Of a stretch of 64,000 bases of DNA, positions 14,047 to 27,814 are shown piece by piece. Source of the DNA: Iphione sp. A-MEVVRFRX5 (Eukaryota); assembly GCA_976226885.1 (NCBI GenBank), contig OZ320322.1:59024001-59088000 (forward strand), read 5' to 3'. The notes under the pieces were generated by a model. That model was not told the DNA's origin and ran no database searches. It was given only the letters and a program-made list of their open reading frames with translations. The position numbers and the translations under genes were made by a program. The stretch's first letter is position 1. Every line of letters begins with the position of its first letter.

Positions 14047-15234
14047 ATGAATTTCATTGTGTCCTGCTCGTACTATAAATGACCACAAATGGGAGTTGAA
14101 TCGACCTTGGTAAGCTTAGAAGAACCACCCACGAGCCCTGCTCAGCGACCTTAGTGCACATCGCAATGGGAATGCCAGAAGAAACTACATGATAAGATCT
14201 GCAGACCCACTTTACTTCTAGAATTCAGATGGACTTGACCTCTGTTATTTTCAGGTCGCATCAAATTGATAAGGAACTCTGTTCTATAGCTTCATAAACA
14301 CGTGTTGCTTCAAGATCGTTTGTGTATAGAGGATATCCGTGTGTCACAGACATTTTGATTTTTTTGCGCCCGGCTACATACACAAACACGCATACAACCT
14401 GACGCGCGGGGCACATATGGAGGTAGTTGTGTATATACTTAGACACCAGCGCAGCAAAGAAAAGCTCCTGGCCCTGTCAGCTCACATCCTTATATATGAG
14501 GCTAAGCATCATTGTTGGCTATAGCGGGTCGGGGCTCCGGGTGGTCCCTTTCATTTACACGGAGTGTCGCTCATGTCGGGCGGCGCGGCGGCGGCGGCGG
14601 CGGCGGCCGACCCCGCCAACTATGCTATGTATCTGTCACAGGATCTCGCCCTCTAATGACTCACTATAGCAGGAGCGAGCGGCAGCGCCAGCCCTGCAGG
14701 TCGGGAGTTCTTACGACGGCGGCGGCGGCGTGCCCAATCCAATATAAATCACCGTCTTAATGCCGGATATACTTGCTGTGGTGGTGGGTCCACACTCCCC
14801 CCCCCAAACAAAGTTCCCACTGAGTTATGGAAATGGAAACTCATTCCGGACGAGCGAGAGGTCTGGGCACCCTCCCCCCTTACCCCCCCTCCCCCCCCGC
14901 CGACGTGATAATACGCACAGGTTGGCGCGGCGGTGCGGGGTTAAATAAATCTATGGGCCAAGCGTGGTGCCGATGGAAACCGACGTGCTCGGTGTATTGT
15001 TTAGTCTGAAACAATCACGGTGCGCCGTCGATGTGATTCCATGAACGCCGACTATGCCGGCGCGCCTCCTAGCGGCGGCCGCCGCCTTCGCGCGCAATCA
15101 ATTACCGCCACACAAGAATAGGGGGCGCTGCAGAAATCACCCACAAGCCACAGCAACACAAACCAGACAACAGTTTGGGATAGAGTTTTTTTTCTTTCTA
15201 TACAGTTTTCTTTATCGGTGGTGTGTGTGTGTGC

Positions 15235-15277
<43 letters not shown>

Positions 15278-16897
15278 TGGTCTGGCTATAGGAGACTCAT
15301 AATGAAAAGTGTAGAATACTGAGGGTTCTAAGATGCTTTTAAGATAAGATTTACGTCCCGTTCGGCCCGGTATACGGGAGTGAATCCATCTTTAAAAGGT
15401 GGTGGTGTACATGACTGATTCCACCAATAGATGTACCAAAATGTTTTCTCCGGGTTGCTGTTTTCGTGTTGTAAATCATATTTCAATTCATATTTTAGAT
15501 CTTGGTTACTCTGACTTGGTCTAGAGGCTACCGGGAAGCTGCAATAAGTTTTTGAGCACTATAGAATGATTTCTTCTTTTAATATTTTAATAGTCCCGGA
15601 GAATACCCCGTTACATCTATTGGTGGAATCGGTCACATTAGATGGTGTAAAAGCTCCCTCTGTGAAGGAAGTGAACCTTCTACGACGATACCGCCATCGT
15701 TATAGTGAGAGTCCCTTTGAATTTCCACATATTCTGAACCGCGTGTATATATGGCTCGGGCGTCAGAGTTAGAGTTATGCGTAATTCTATAATGGATGTG
15801 AGTGACTGTCATGCAGCTGGAAGGTATACATGTATAGTTGATTTTCCGAGCGCCGCTGAATTTGTTCTGGTAACTAGAACACCTCTGTTCCCACCATCTG
15901 GCCGGAGTATACGAGGGGCCGCGGCCACCACAGGAGGTGGTTTTTGTAGGCGCTTCTCGCCGCCGCTGCGGCCGACGACGACTCGGGGTCTGAGCACAGC
16001 GCGACACGCGAGCGGCTCCGAGTCGCTGCGAGCCGCTCGATGCATCGCACTAACTGGTACCAAATGCGGGGGCGCGCCCCCGACCGCCGCGCCTCTTCCT
16101 GCCAAGATCATAGGCCCCGGCAGTACACGGGGCCGCCGCCCGCCGCCCAACGCCGCCGCGCGGGACGGCTACCCGCCCGCCGACCGCCGACCGCCGCCGC
16201 CAACTTCAGAGCCGGGCAATTTGTTGCGTTCGGTCTAGGGCCGCGCCGACCACCGCTGGTCAAAGGGGTCCGCCCCACGTGGCCAGCAAATTGCTGCCGC
16301 TCCCACGATACATCAAAATATTAAGTAGTCTCTACATAGCATGAGGGCCGCCAACTGCCGACGGCAAGCAGCTGAAGATCATTTCATAAATTGGTTCCAC
16401 ATAGCCTGCTTCAGTGATCGTGGTTTTTTTGTCGATACGCATGCGCGGTTAGACACTGGGTTCAGGATGAACTACTTGCTAAAGAGACAGCGGGTAGAAG
16501 GGAGAGAGAGAGAAGAGGTGTGGAGAGAACAGATATGCAGATAAACATATGAGGAAGTAAATGTGTGTTTGAAAGATAGAAGGGGAGAGGGAATAGGAGG
16601 GAGACACAGAGAAAAAAGCAGCGGAGAAGTAAGAGAGAGAAGAGGTGCGGAGTGGGGAGAGCGGAGAGGCGGACAAACATATGGGGAAAATAAATGTGTC
16701 TGACAGAGATAGAAGGAAAGAGGATGAGAGAGACCGGGAGGAAGAGGGATTCAGAATGCGACAGAAATATAGAGACAAAGAAACAGAAACAGGACAGAAA
16801 TGGAGTAGGGGACAAATAAATAACGAGAGAGGGGGTATATATTTTAGGACCGTATATGCAAACACATTTAGACAGTTGTGGATTCGTAGATAGATGG

Positions 16898-16901
<4 letters not shown>

Positions 16902-16964
<63 letters not shown>
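16902..16964. repeat. (GA)n microsatellite at the end of a purine-rich region starting at about 16490
   Basis: Perfect AG dinucleotide run. Confidence 0.98.
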
Positions 16965-16967
<3 letters not shown>

Positions 16968-17876
16968 GGGTTAGGGATGAAAGAATCTACACGGGTTTGC
17001 AGATAGAATTTCAGCGGACAAAAGGTCAACGAATAGAAATGGCCCGCGGGATTCAGACAGACAAGACACAGGTGATTCCTACAATGGTTTTAATTTTTTT
17101 AAGCGTCGGGGCAAAGAAGTGTATTCTATTGCTCTCCTATTTGTATTCTAACACCCTCCAACTGCCAGAGGCATTTCCAGGGTATTTATTATGTTTTACA
17201 GTCAATGAATTCCACGTATCCGACTCTATAGATGGCAATAACCGTGATAGATGGCGCTCACATTCACATGTAAGGCCGGGCTGTCTGGGTGTCCGTATAT
17301 AAATATTAATGAACATATCCAATTTCAACGCCGTAATTTATGACCGTGCGAAGAAAGACAACAACTTTCGCTCTTTATCTGATAGCGTTAAAAAAAACAA
17401 CCCTGCGCGCTGTTGCCGCCGATCTGCACTGCCTTGTGAACTGTTGATGAGGGCCTCAATAAAATAAATTGTCTTTTTATCGGTACCTAAACATGGCCGT
17501 TATCAAGAGGCAGCTCAGCCGTGTAGGGCCCTATTACATTACCGTGTCGTGCCACGAGGAAACAAAAGCGTGTTGGGCGGCGCTGACAAGCCCGAGCAGC
17601 TGCCAACACTGATAGGCCTATCTCATCCGAGGGGGAGGCGGTCGGTCGGGGAGGGAAGGCGGCCGTGGGGAGGTCGGGGGAGTGAGGCCCGGGGGAGGTC
17701 GGGGAAAAGAGGCGGGGAAAGCAGAGGGACGTAGGCAGCGGGGAGGCAAGGGGAAGGCCGGGTAGGAAGCAGAGGGAGGCCGGGAAGGGAGGTAGGGGCC
17801 AGGGAGTGAGGTAAGGGAGGCCAGAGACAGAGCCGAGGGAGGCTGGGGACGGAGGCAACGGGGAGGCCAGGCAATG

Positions 17877-18009
17877 NNNNNNNNNNNNNNNNNNNNNNNN
17901 NNNNNNNNNNNNNNNNNNNNNNNNNNNNNNNNNNNNNNNNNNNNNNNNNNNNNNNNNNNNNNNNNNNNNNNNNNNNNNNNNNNNNNNNNNNNNNNNNNNN
18001 NNNNNNNNN
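17877..18009. other. Assembly gap (133 N)
   Basis: Run of N next to purine-rich low-complexity sequence. Confidence 1.
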
Positions 18010-18207
18010 GCCAGTCGATTCAGTGTGGCACAGATGTCCGGCAAGTAGATTGTTGTGTACTATGTTTCGGGGTTGGGGCCGGGTAAGGATGGATTGTGGC
18101 GTATTTTGTCTTACGGCTTGTTTGTTTCGAATGAGATTAAGCTCCTTATTTCTTAACGCCGGACGGAATGATGAGAGTAAAAGGGAGAGCTAGCTGATGG
18201 AGGAGTA

Positions 18208-18407
18208 NNNNNNNNNNNNNNNNNNNNNNNNNNNNNNNNNNNNNNNNNNNNNNNNNNNNNNNNNNNNNNNNNNNNNNNNNNNNNNNNNNNNNNNNNNNNN
18301 NNNNNNNNNNNNNNNNNNNNNNNNNNNNNNNNNNNNNNNNNNNNNNNNNNNNNNNNNNNNNNNNNNNNNNNNNNNNNNNNNNNNNNNNNNNNNNNNNNNN
18401 NNNNNNN
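18208..18407. other. Assembly gap (200 N)
   Basis: Run of N. Confidence 1.
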
Positions 18408-18709
18408 CTGCCTCATGAAGGGGTGTTTACAGTGGGTCAGAGGATTAGTATGAACTACTCGAGTGACCCTACGGAAAATACCCATAACGGTATGAGCAAT
18501 AGAAGTCCGACCCCATCCTGACTGGGAATGGCATCAATGCGCAATGGCAATGGCAGGTGACAGTGCTGAAAATTAAACCTTTATAACGTTTAGTAAGAAG
18601 GGTGTCATAATCCATACGGTGACTCCAAGTAACAGGTATACCATATGTGTATATATGCATATTATCAGTGCGTTTTATGGGGTGTTTAGCCAGTAATCGT
18701 TAGAAGAAT

Positions 18710-19845
18710 GTGGAGTCACTATAGTAGATAACTGTGGAATCATTAGTAGGGGACAGTTTACAGACCAAGGAGTCACTAGAACTTGATAGTTAAGAGACCA
18801 TGCATGGAGTCACTAGTATAGGTGATACATTGGAGGTTGTGGAGTCACTAGGTGGTGATAGTTTGGAAACTGTGGAGCCTCTAATCAGTTATTGTTAGGA
18901 GACTGAAGTTGCTAGTCTTTAAACTGTTAGAAGCCTTTGGAATCATTATTAGGTGATTGTTAGGAAACTGTAGAGCTGCAAGTAGGCGAGTTAATCCCTG
19001 GGCACTGGCCAGTACAGAAGCTTATACTACCTTTTAAAATAACCTGGATTCTCCCTCATCTCCTGCATTAATTGTGGTGAATCAGAGTTGTTCTTAATCC
19101 ATCTCACCTTCATGTAACTGTGTGCATTGTTGAGAACAGTGGATCCTTGTTGTCTTATTGGATTAAGTACACCAGGTCTATACACACACGCTACCACACA
19201 TACAGACAGAGCTTCCAATATATAACCCTGCAAAGGAGTTATACTGGACGTTCTATTGGATATTAGATCACCTCCAAAGGACAATTGTGTGCCTACATCC
19301 ACTTTTACATTTTAACAATTGTTAGGAGATCATTGACTCACTAGAAAGTGGTTGTTAGGAGACCACTGATTTGCTAGTAGCTGATTGTCAGGAGATCATT
19401 GATTACTAGACGGTGATTGTTAGGAGATCATTAACTCAATAGTTGGTGATTGTTAGGAGACCACTGATTTGCTAGTAGGTGATTGTCAGGAGATCATTGA
19501 TTACTAGAAGGTGATTGTTAGGAGATCATTAACTCAATAGTTGGTGATTGTTAGGAGATCATTGACTCAATAGTAGGTGATTGTTAGGAGACCACTGATT
19601 TGTTAGTAGGTGATTGTCAGGAGATCATTGACTCACTAGTTGGTGATTGTTAGGAGACCACTGGTTTGCTAGTAGGTGATTGTAAGGAGATCATTGACTT
19701 AATAGTAGGTGATTGTTAGAAGTTCATTGACTCACAAGTTGGTGATTGTTAGGAGACATTGACTCACTAGTTGGTGATTTTTAGGAGACATTGATTCACT
19801 AGTTGGTGATTTTTAGGAGACATTGATTCACTAGTTGGTGATGAG
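18710..19845. repeat. 33-bp minisatellite with a 98-bp three-unit higher-order repeat, interrupted by unrelated sequence at about 19010-19310
   Basis: Unit GGAGATCATTGACTCACTAGTTGGTGATTGTTA; the 98-bp trimer starts at 19358 and 19456. Confidence 0.9.
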
Positions 19846-21107
19846 GCTCTGTGATCAGGGAGGAATAGGACCAGGTGGCATGACGGAGAACTCCGAGAAT
19901 TGACGTGTAGAATGGGGAAATCGCGGTGCTTATAGCTTCGTACAGTGAGCACCAGCACTGTAAGAATCATACATGGTAATATGGTGCTGGTGGTGCTGCT
20001 GACCGGGGTGGTGGGGGGGGGGGTTAACGTGGTTGGCGGGGTTTGTGGCTTGTAGATAGAAGGAGCCGAGTCTCCATGGTGAGGTGCAGTAGAGACAGTG
20101 GGGGGAGGGAAAGGGGCGTTCCATGCATTGATTACTGTTATTAATGAGATCAGATGTCATTGTTTGGACAGAAACACGATCTCCACCATGTACGCCACGA
20201 ATGGACCTGATAGCCGAGTAGAACCTGTCATATTTACCAGTCGGCAACAATGTCCCATTCAACGATCGAATTCCCCCCCCCCCCGGTCTTCTGGTTTGGC
20301 GAAACGGGATATGTATAAGCGCACATGTACATTGGGACACCACCCCCCAACCTCCCCTTCTCTTTTGACTGAAGGTGGGAGGGAGAGGCAGTCGTGGGCA
20401 CGTCGTTTTAAAAATCCCACCTCGGTTCATGCTTACTGTTAATTGGCTCGAAACAAGTCATTCCTAAACGTTAATACACCGAACAACCTTCCCGTCCCAT
20501 GGTCTGAAATCAGATAGACCCCTGCAGAATTACAAATCTATATTTCATTGGGTGATGTGAGAGGTTTTCTCTTTTATACGACAACTGTACATCGGGTGTT
20601 GATCAAACTTGAGTCAGAGCTCCGACACAAAAGAAGGAAAACCTTAGCGGACGACACGGTAAACATCTGTTCCTGCTCTGCCCCCATTTGAAAGGGCGTG
20701 AAATTCCAGCTGTCAATGCGCATGTCCGACCTCATTTCTCGCGCCCTTTGATTCCGTGCTGCTCGGCACGTCGCAGAGACGCTCCCGAGACGCTGGACCG
20801 ATTATCCCCCCCCCACCCTATAACACGCGGGTGTCCTCCCTGTGAGCATGTGTGTAGTGTCTGTTTCATACGTCCACATACACACTCCTGACACACGAAC
20901 ACACACGCACACACACACACACACACACGGCATAAATAAGACTGGATGAACTTCTTGAGTGCAGTATACTTAATCACACTGCCATACTCTTTATCCCGAT
21001 AGCAAACATGGCCAACCAGTTTCTTTTCCTTCAGTGGGGGATGGCAGTATTGCAACCCTTTTGAAAGGGTGGTCATATATTGAAATTTGTTGAATCCTGT
21101 TACCCTA

Positions 21108-21199
21108 TTCGAAATAAGAGTAGGGGGCAACCCCAGGTATTCTGGTCTCTCAATTCTCAACAATAGATGGTAGTATGCTACCCCAAGAGGATATGGAAG
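21108..21199 (+). repeat. Dispersed repeat block of about 90 bp (copy 1; copy 2 at 55581-55674)
   Basis: TTCGAAATAAGAGTAG...GGTATTCTGGTCTCTCAATTCTCAACAATAGATGGTAGTATGCTACCCC versus TTCGAAACAAGAGTAG...GGTATTCTAGTCTCTCAGTTCTCAATAATAGATGGTAGCATGCTACCCC. Confidence 0.8.
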
Positions 21200-21766
21200 A
21201 TCCCTGTCATATGATAGGTGAATATATTCCTGGTAAAAGATACAATGAAATGAATGAAATGGTAGCTGTGGTATTCGTGAACACCTACCTGGTTGTGTAT
21301 CACACTCTTTATTGGTCAACTCGCTTATACTGCAGAGTGTTTTATCCTAGTTGGTTAAAACAAATCAGCTGCGATATAAATAGGTACTTTGACCTTAAAT
21401 ATCCAGTGCCTGTGTACGTGGTTAGTGATTACTCTCTGTTTTCTGTTCAATAAATACAGTTTGTAAATAGGTACACGTAATACATGCACTGAGACCGCGG
21501 TTGAAAGCCTGTATATGAATTAAGGATATACATATAGGATGTATATATTGTACCTAACCTCCCACGTTCGCGCTCTTGTTTGTGTTGTCGCCCTCACTTA
21601 TCCTTCTCCTTGTTACTTGCCCACTATGAGCGACCTATTATTCATAACCATTTGTAAAAGCTAACACGTGATTCTATCATGTACATCCCCACCTGTAAAA
21701 GCCTCTCAGAGAGACGAGAGTTGGATGAATAAACTATTTCTTCTCTTCTCTTATCTTATCTCACAG

Positions 21767-22620
21767 AGTCGAGTCGCCGCGACCAGCTCAGCCTCTTCTC
21801 CAAGGCGCAGCCGACGAAGAAGCGGCGGAAGTCGCGCACCGCCTTCACCAACCAGCAGATCTACGAGCTGGAGAAGCGCTTCCTCTACCAGAAGTACCTG
21901 ACGCCTGCCGACCGCGACGAGATCGCCGCCTCGCTGGGTCTCACCAACGCGCAGGTCATCACCTGGTTCCAGAACCGCCGGGCCAAGCTGAAGCGCGACC
22001 TGGAGGAGCTTAAAGCCGACGTGACGGCGGCGCGCTCCATCAGCCCCGCTGGCCTCGCCGGCCCCGATATGGACGACGTCGCCGCCGCCGAGCGACATCC
22101 GGTCTTCGGCAGCCTCGACGAGCTCAAGCTGCTGCATAAAACGCCCGCCGCGACCGCGACCACCGCCTCCTCCTCGGCGGAAGGCAAGCCCCCAACCACC
22201 GCCTCGTCCCGTGACGACGACGTCGCCGAGCTCGACGATGAGGTGGAGGTGAGCGACGTAGGCGCCGGCGACCGCTGTAGAAGCAGCAGCAGCAGTAGCA
22301 GTAGCGGTAGCACTTCCGGCGACGGCGGTCTGATCGACGGTGGCCGGGGAGAGGTCGGCGGTGACGGCGGCGGCTCGCTGGAGGCGGCGGCCGCTCGCGA
22401 CGGTGCGAAAACCTGTACAGATCCTCCAGCAGCGCCCCACCTACGTCCACCGTCCGGCTCGACCCTGACGACCTTACCGCGACCTCTGTCTCCCAGACAG
22501 CAGCAACCTCAAGGTCGGGAACTGCCCCCGGAACCTGCCGATCAGGAGCGACCTCTGCCGGAGACAACGAGCAGCAGCCAGCAGCCAACTCAACAGTCGG
22601 CGAAAGTGGCGGCCTCCTGA
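21767..22620 (+). CDS. Lbx: Ladybird/Lbx-family NK-class homeobox gene, terminal coding exon (homeodomain 21823-22002)
   Basis: A pyrimidine tract and CAG acceptor end at 21766, and an in-frame TAA at 21730-21732 with no intervening ATG shows the exon must be spliced. Translation: SSRRDQLSLFSKAQPTKKRRKSRTAFTNQQIYELEKRFLYQKYLTPADRDEIAASLGLTNAQVITWFQNRRAKLKRDLEELKADV. The Lbx-diagnostic features are KRRKSRTAFT, ELEKRFLYQKYL, QVITWFQNRRAKLKRD and the LEELKADV tail. The frame continues through a low-complexity Ser/Gly/acidic tail to TGA at 22618-22620 (track ORF 22021..22620 is its 3' part). Confidence 0.97.
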
Positions 22621-23161
22621 CGTAGTACGGAGCTCAGGAGTGACCCTTGAGGAACCCCAGACTCTCCATACATTATATATATACCGAGAAAACGGACTCT
22701 ATTATATTGATATTATGGATAGCTTTCCCAGTTGTAGAGAGTATTAGACATTATACAGAGACTAATTCCTACGTAGACTTATCACTGGTCATGTGTATAA
22801 AAAGAGGACATAGATATCTGGACCTTTCTACGGAAGGCCATGCGGCCCGTGCATATACACGTACATACACACACACACACCTACCATGTTCAGTTGTCTT
22901 GCGTAGTGTTGTCAAGAAGAAGTAAGGGGAGGGGGGGGGGTAATCTATTAATTCCAAAACCCTTGTGAAATCTTTACTTTTGATAAATATTATCAATTCC
23001 CTTTTTTGCCTAGAGTGTATCAAAATTATGTGTTAGACATGCCGCCAAACAGAACAGGCCAACAGAGTTGAGAACGGACTTTGGTGGGGAGTGTATCTAC
23101 CGACTTACTCTATCTGATAGATGTGTAGGGCTGGAGAGGCGGGAAACTTTGTATTCTGGTC

Positions 23162-23215
23162 AATAAAATGCCTCTGACTTGCTGCCGTTTGTTTAATGCA
23201 CTGTGGAAAAATAAA
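23162..23215 (+). promoter_or_regulatory. Candidate polyadenylation signals of the Lbx 3' UTR
   Basis: AATAAA at 23162-23167 and 23210-23215, about 0.55-0.6 kb after the stop codon. Assignment is positional inference only. Confidence 0.4.
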
Positions 23216-26200
23216 ACATCACAATGGACTTGACAGCAGATATTCTCCCCTTTATTGCCTCCTTCTCCTCCTAATATATATCCCTAACAGATAGAAGCAG
23301 CACTGATGCATTCGGTAGAAGGGAGGGCCTGTGTTTTGACGCTGGTATAGTGAACGTTATAAGCTTATATACATGTGCTCATGTCATCGCGGTCGTCGCT
23401 AAACGCTGCTGTGGCCACTTTAGACTGCATTTTATTAACCTCCAGATAAGGAACCCCCAGCGAAGTCTTGCTTGAAGCCGCGGTATCTGTAAACAACGAC
23501 AATAAAGGAACAAACCACCCCGTCGATAACGGCGCGTATTTTCTTTCGGGGGATATATTTCATAGCACTGCACATCTTAAGAGATTACATCAAGGCTCCA
23601 GACAATAAATTAGCACGGCACGAAGAATTCGACGGCAATCGGTTGAAAACATCAGCAGGTGCTGCTGCTCTGGGTGGGCGTCTTATAGCGTTGTAATTAT
23701 TTTCAGTCGACAAGTCCAAGTCGTCACTAGATGTTTAGGTGGAAACAGCTGAGTCCCATTTATATCCTCGAATAAAAACAAATGATGTGATTGTCCGATA
23801 ACTTTCTTACATCGAACCATTTGCCAATAACCTGCGCATGTCTATTTTCTTTGCGGTAGATTTATGCGACCTTTCTTTCCCTCTCCAATATCTCCAGTTG
23901 AAAAATAGTCTGCTGGAAAAAGTGAAAAAAAGACCCCACAGGAAATATATTCATTAATTATGCTTTCATAATGTCCATAAAACCCAACCTACTCAAGAGC
24001 CTTTTTTGCATGCGTCATTGTTGGTAGAAAGCATATTTATTTCTATTTGAAAATGTCAGATAATTATCGCGAGAGATTTTTTCCCCTAGTTTCATTCCTT
24101 TCGAGAACAAACGACCAAAAGGGACGAGAAGAATGTTTTTCTGATGATGACAACTCATTTGAAGGCAGGATGTTGTCGGACAACTATATCTATAGTTCAT
24201 TCAAAGTTGTTGTAAGGGCGCTTTTTTAAGGGGCCCTGAAAATAAATTAGTTTCTCTCCATCGAATTAGCTGAAGCTGGTAATTATAATGACATCTACAC
24301 TTTATCATTCATTCTTATCCGTAATAGGTAAAGCGTCGCGTCTATCGCGGGCCAATCTCTCTGGTGCTTTGTTACAAGTGGGTCGATGTTCAGTATTTGA
24401 AAAAAAAACGTCCGACGGCAACAAGGGACGGCAAGACGGTCCGACAAATGGCCACAATGGGTTTATACTCAGGTCAGCAGCTAGCTGAGCTTTCAACCGC
24501 CGTATCAGAGGAACATCACCACAAAAGCACAAGCAATAAAAGTTAGCCGCGCGCGGGATAATAGATACCCAGCGCAGAGTATTACCATGACTCATTGAAA
24601 TCTGCCGACAATGAGTTAAAACAGTCGCAGCATCTGTTGGTATTAGATATTACAAGTCTTATTAGCTGGATTTCTATACGGTCCTGCAGGCAATTAGTAC
24701 TTATACAATCTACTTCTCTGGAAGTACATCTAGTTCTGCGGAGCATCGCGGACAGCGGGATGATAAATCGAAGCGCCCCTGGGCATCGGCGCCCCTGACA
24801 ACTGTTGGCCCTGCAGTAGTGACACCTAGTGACGAGACGCCGCGGATCCCTCCGTGACGTCACAGATTGCGGCGCTGATCGACAGTGACGTTTAATTACA
24901 CGCGAGTGCGGGCGGTGATACGCAGGAAATGAAAGGAACATGGGCTCAGCACCACCAACCGACCGACCGACGGCGTGCCCGCAGCTCTACCATCACTCGA
25001 GTCCACGACTCGCCCTCTGCCATTCTTAATACTTACTTTAATACCTCCGTTTGCTATTGTCTAATGTAGGAGTATACAAGATGGCGTCTAAATCGGGTCC
25101 ATATTGGGGGATTTAGACCATAAATAGTTTTCGACGTGGGCTATAGGTTCCTGTCTCTTTGAGGTGCAACCGAGTTGTGGACCGTAAATTGTGACTATAC
25201 TGGCCTCGTAAGCCCATTTCATACCGGAAGTTGTCTTTAGTGAGACGTTGGCAGCTCGCTCCCGTAATGAATGGAAATGTTATTATCCCAGGATTACTTC
25301 CCAGCGTGTCCATCTTCATTCGGTGACCGCCGGTAACATCCTACCATAAGTCACGTTGAGTCACGTGATAAAAAAAACACATCCAGCGTGCGCACGTTTC
25401 AAAACCTATACATATACTCGGCACACGTGGTGTGAATATACTCCGAGTAGACAGCAATACCTGCACGGACGAGCTCTATCCTCTTCCAACATCCAAAACA
25501 CATGCACCTAAACGATCGTTTTACGACCTTCAGAATCGTGCCTATTTTCGCAATGTGCTATGACTAAATAGACTGAATATCCCGTTTAACCCGTGCCGGG
25601 TATTAAGCCGGGCGGATAGAAGGATTATTAGCGGCGAGATGCTGCCGCCCGTCCGGACGATGTCGTCCCGCGCGAGAACGGCGATCATGTTACCCATGAT
25701 GCATGGCATCATTTCCTGTGTTTGTCAGCTCAGGTAGGCGGTCGAATGTATGAAGATAACACGCCTGCACACAGCCCATATATCCTTACAACAAATGCAA
25801 GCGAACCAAGCAAATCAAAATGTGTTTCCTCTCGACGCGCCGATAGAGAAACACCGTAAACCGTCGCCGACGCCGCCGCCGCCACCGCACGCCACGCTTA
25901 GTTTCCAGAACGCCCGCACGGCGGCGCTGGGGCCGAAACGCCCCCGACTGTAGCTCAGTGAGATTCCAGGAAGCATCACGTGGTACCAATCGACGATAAA
26001 TTAGCACTCGACAATGCGGCGTTGCGGCGCGGTGGTGTCGGGGCCGGCGGTCGGCGAGCGGCATGAATCTTTCGGCGGGGCGGGGGCGGCGGGGGCGGGG
26101 GCGGGGGCGGCGGTCGGGCGGGGGCGGGTGCGGCTCTCAGCTTCCGCGCCGCATCCTACATGACTATGGCGACGTAAAAGCATTAGGCGATCAGGCCGCC

Positions 26201-26877
26201 TCCGTCAGCAACAAACACCAACCCCCAAACCCCCCTCCGGCCCGTTATATTTAGATGGATGTATTCTTGATTCTCCTCAAAGCTATATAGCAGGGTTTTT
26301 TTTTATTCCACTCCGTTTTGTTTTCATTTCGACGGCACCTGCCAATGGGCGGTAAATTTCTTGTCTATACCTCGTCAGTGCTGTTTAACCGACAGTTATT
26401 TCGTCAAAGGAATGTCAGGCCCATTTACAACTTAACCTTGTTTTATAGGTATATTCATGTCTATCATCTAGCTGGCTTTTATCGTATATTATGACACAGA
26501 AGACATCAAACAATCTTTCTTGGAGGTGACGGGCCGAATTAACCCTTTAATGTGGCAGCGTATATTTCATCGGGTTACTGTCATATTGAAGTGATAGTTT
26601 GAAACATGTGCCCAAAGGAGTATACCTTTCAACTAGCTTTTACCAGAGACAGAAAAAAAACTTCTCATCTCACTTATAGAGAGTTGAATAATATTGAAAA
26701 ATCTCCCGTTTAAGATTGAATTTGAACCCCCCCCCCCCCCCGTCATGCAGCAGGAAGGTCGGGCTCATTTCCGTCGACGGGAGACCCAAACGAACGAACG
26801 TGCAGGTTGAATTAACGTCGTTAAATGACTCGGAGAACAACAACACGTGTCGGGAAGGCCCTCGCCTGCTCGACTTA

Positions 26878-27754
26878 GGTGCTGTTCACATGCATCCGGA
26901 TTTTTCCGTTCCGCCTCTGCACATGGGTGCGGATTCTCTCCAAGACTTCTCTCATCATTGTACCCATTCACACATGCGTGGATTTTTCCATGTCCACACA
27001 CGGAGGCAGAATTCTATCCATGAAACATGGGTTTTGTCCAGACCCAGATGCGGATTCCCATAGGCACAATGGTTAAGAGACAGCTACACGATTATGGACG
27101 GCATGGAGGCACTTAAACTCTCGACCTTTCCCGACATAAAGTCCTTAATCATGGTTCTAACATTGTTCTGGTGGAAACTAACCTTTTGCAGGGCTCAGTG
27201 TGTCTATGAATCACCATTTTCACAATCATTTGACGGCCACAGGGCATGTTTACACATACCACCATTTTGAAGAAACCCAGTGCCCATGCTCGACCTATCT
27301 TTCTAGGTCATGTGCATGCGCATTAGAGAGACAATTTTCAATTTCCGGTTTTGCTCGATCAGGGCACCCTCAACATAAATGTTTCAATTCAATCGAAATA
27401 TACTTCAAAACGGTCTCTGGAAGCATTAGATAAGTGCATTAATGGTGGTATTTGAATCCTCTCTAACTGAGTTTCCCTCTAAACCCTCAATTTCCTCCAT
27501 AGTTCAAGCTTATAAAGTTGAGTCGATGCCCATCCACCATTTTGTTTTTTGTAGAATCCAAGAAACATACACGTTGTGTTTATCCAATGAGAAGGCAATA
27601 ATATAGGTTGGGACAAGTTTTTCCCATGGGATTTGTCGCAGGTTTAAAGATGGTTTTGGGACACTGTAAGTATAGGCATTTCACTCCTAACTCATGTTAG
27701 AACTGCAGACCATATGGGACCGGAATTTTTGTCAGGATGCATGTGAACTCGGCC
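26878..27754. mobile_element. Degenerate PIF/Harbinger-like MITE, probably carrying an internal LINE remnant
   Basis: Left GGTGCTGTTCACATGCATCC versus reverse-complemented right end GGCCGAGTTCACATGCATCC. The flanks are TTA and TAA (both TWA but not identical). Confidence 0.6.
27200..27590 (-). mobile_element. Possible heavily decayed LINE RT remnant inside the 26.9-kb MITE
   Basis: Minus-strand fragments VCFLDSTK, LWRKL and GFRGKL appear in the order expected for FLD.KA.D...LW.KL..YG.RGK, across frameshifts. Confidence 0.35.
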
Positions 27755-27814
27755 TAACCAGTTCGACTCCACCAAGCCGCGGGTCGAAGCGACTTTCTCT
27801 CCGGCGATTGTGGT

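Noticed and set aside
19027-19302. 91-aa minus ORF with VACVYRPG resembling a LINE endonuclease motif
   Set aside because: A single short motif without the other APE motifs; insufficient to call.
21784-21798. QLSLF peptide matching the bacterial beta-clamp-binding motif
   Set aside because: It aligns with the conserved L.LF pre-homeodomain segment of ladybird proteins in an animal gene; the match is coincidental.
21751-22440. 229-aa minus-strand ORF (and the 142-aa and 154-aa minus ORFs) overlapping Lbx
   Set aside because: These are shadow ORFs produced by the high GC3 codon bias of the real + strand exon, with no independent domain signal.
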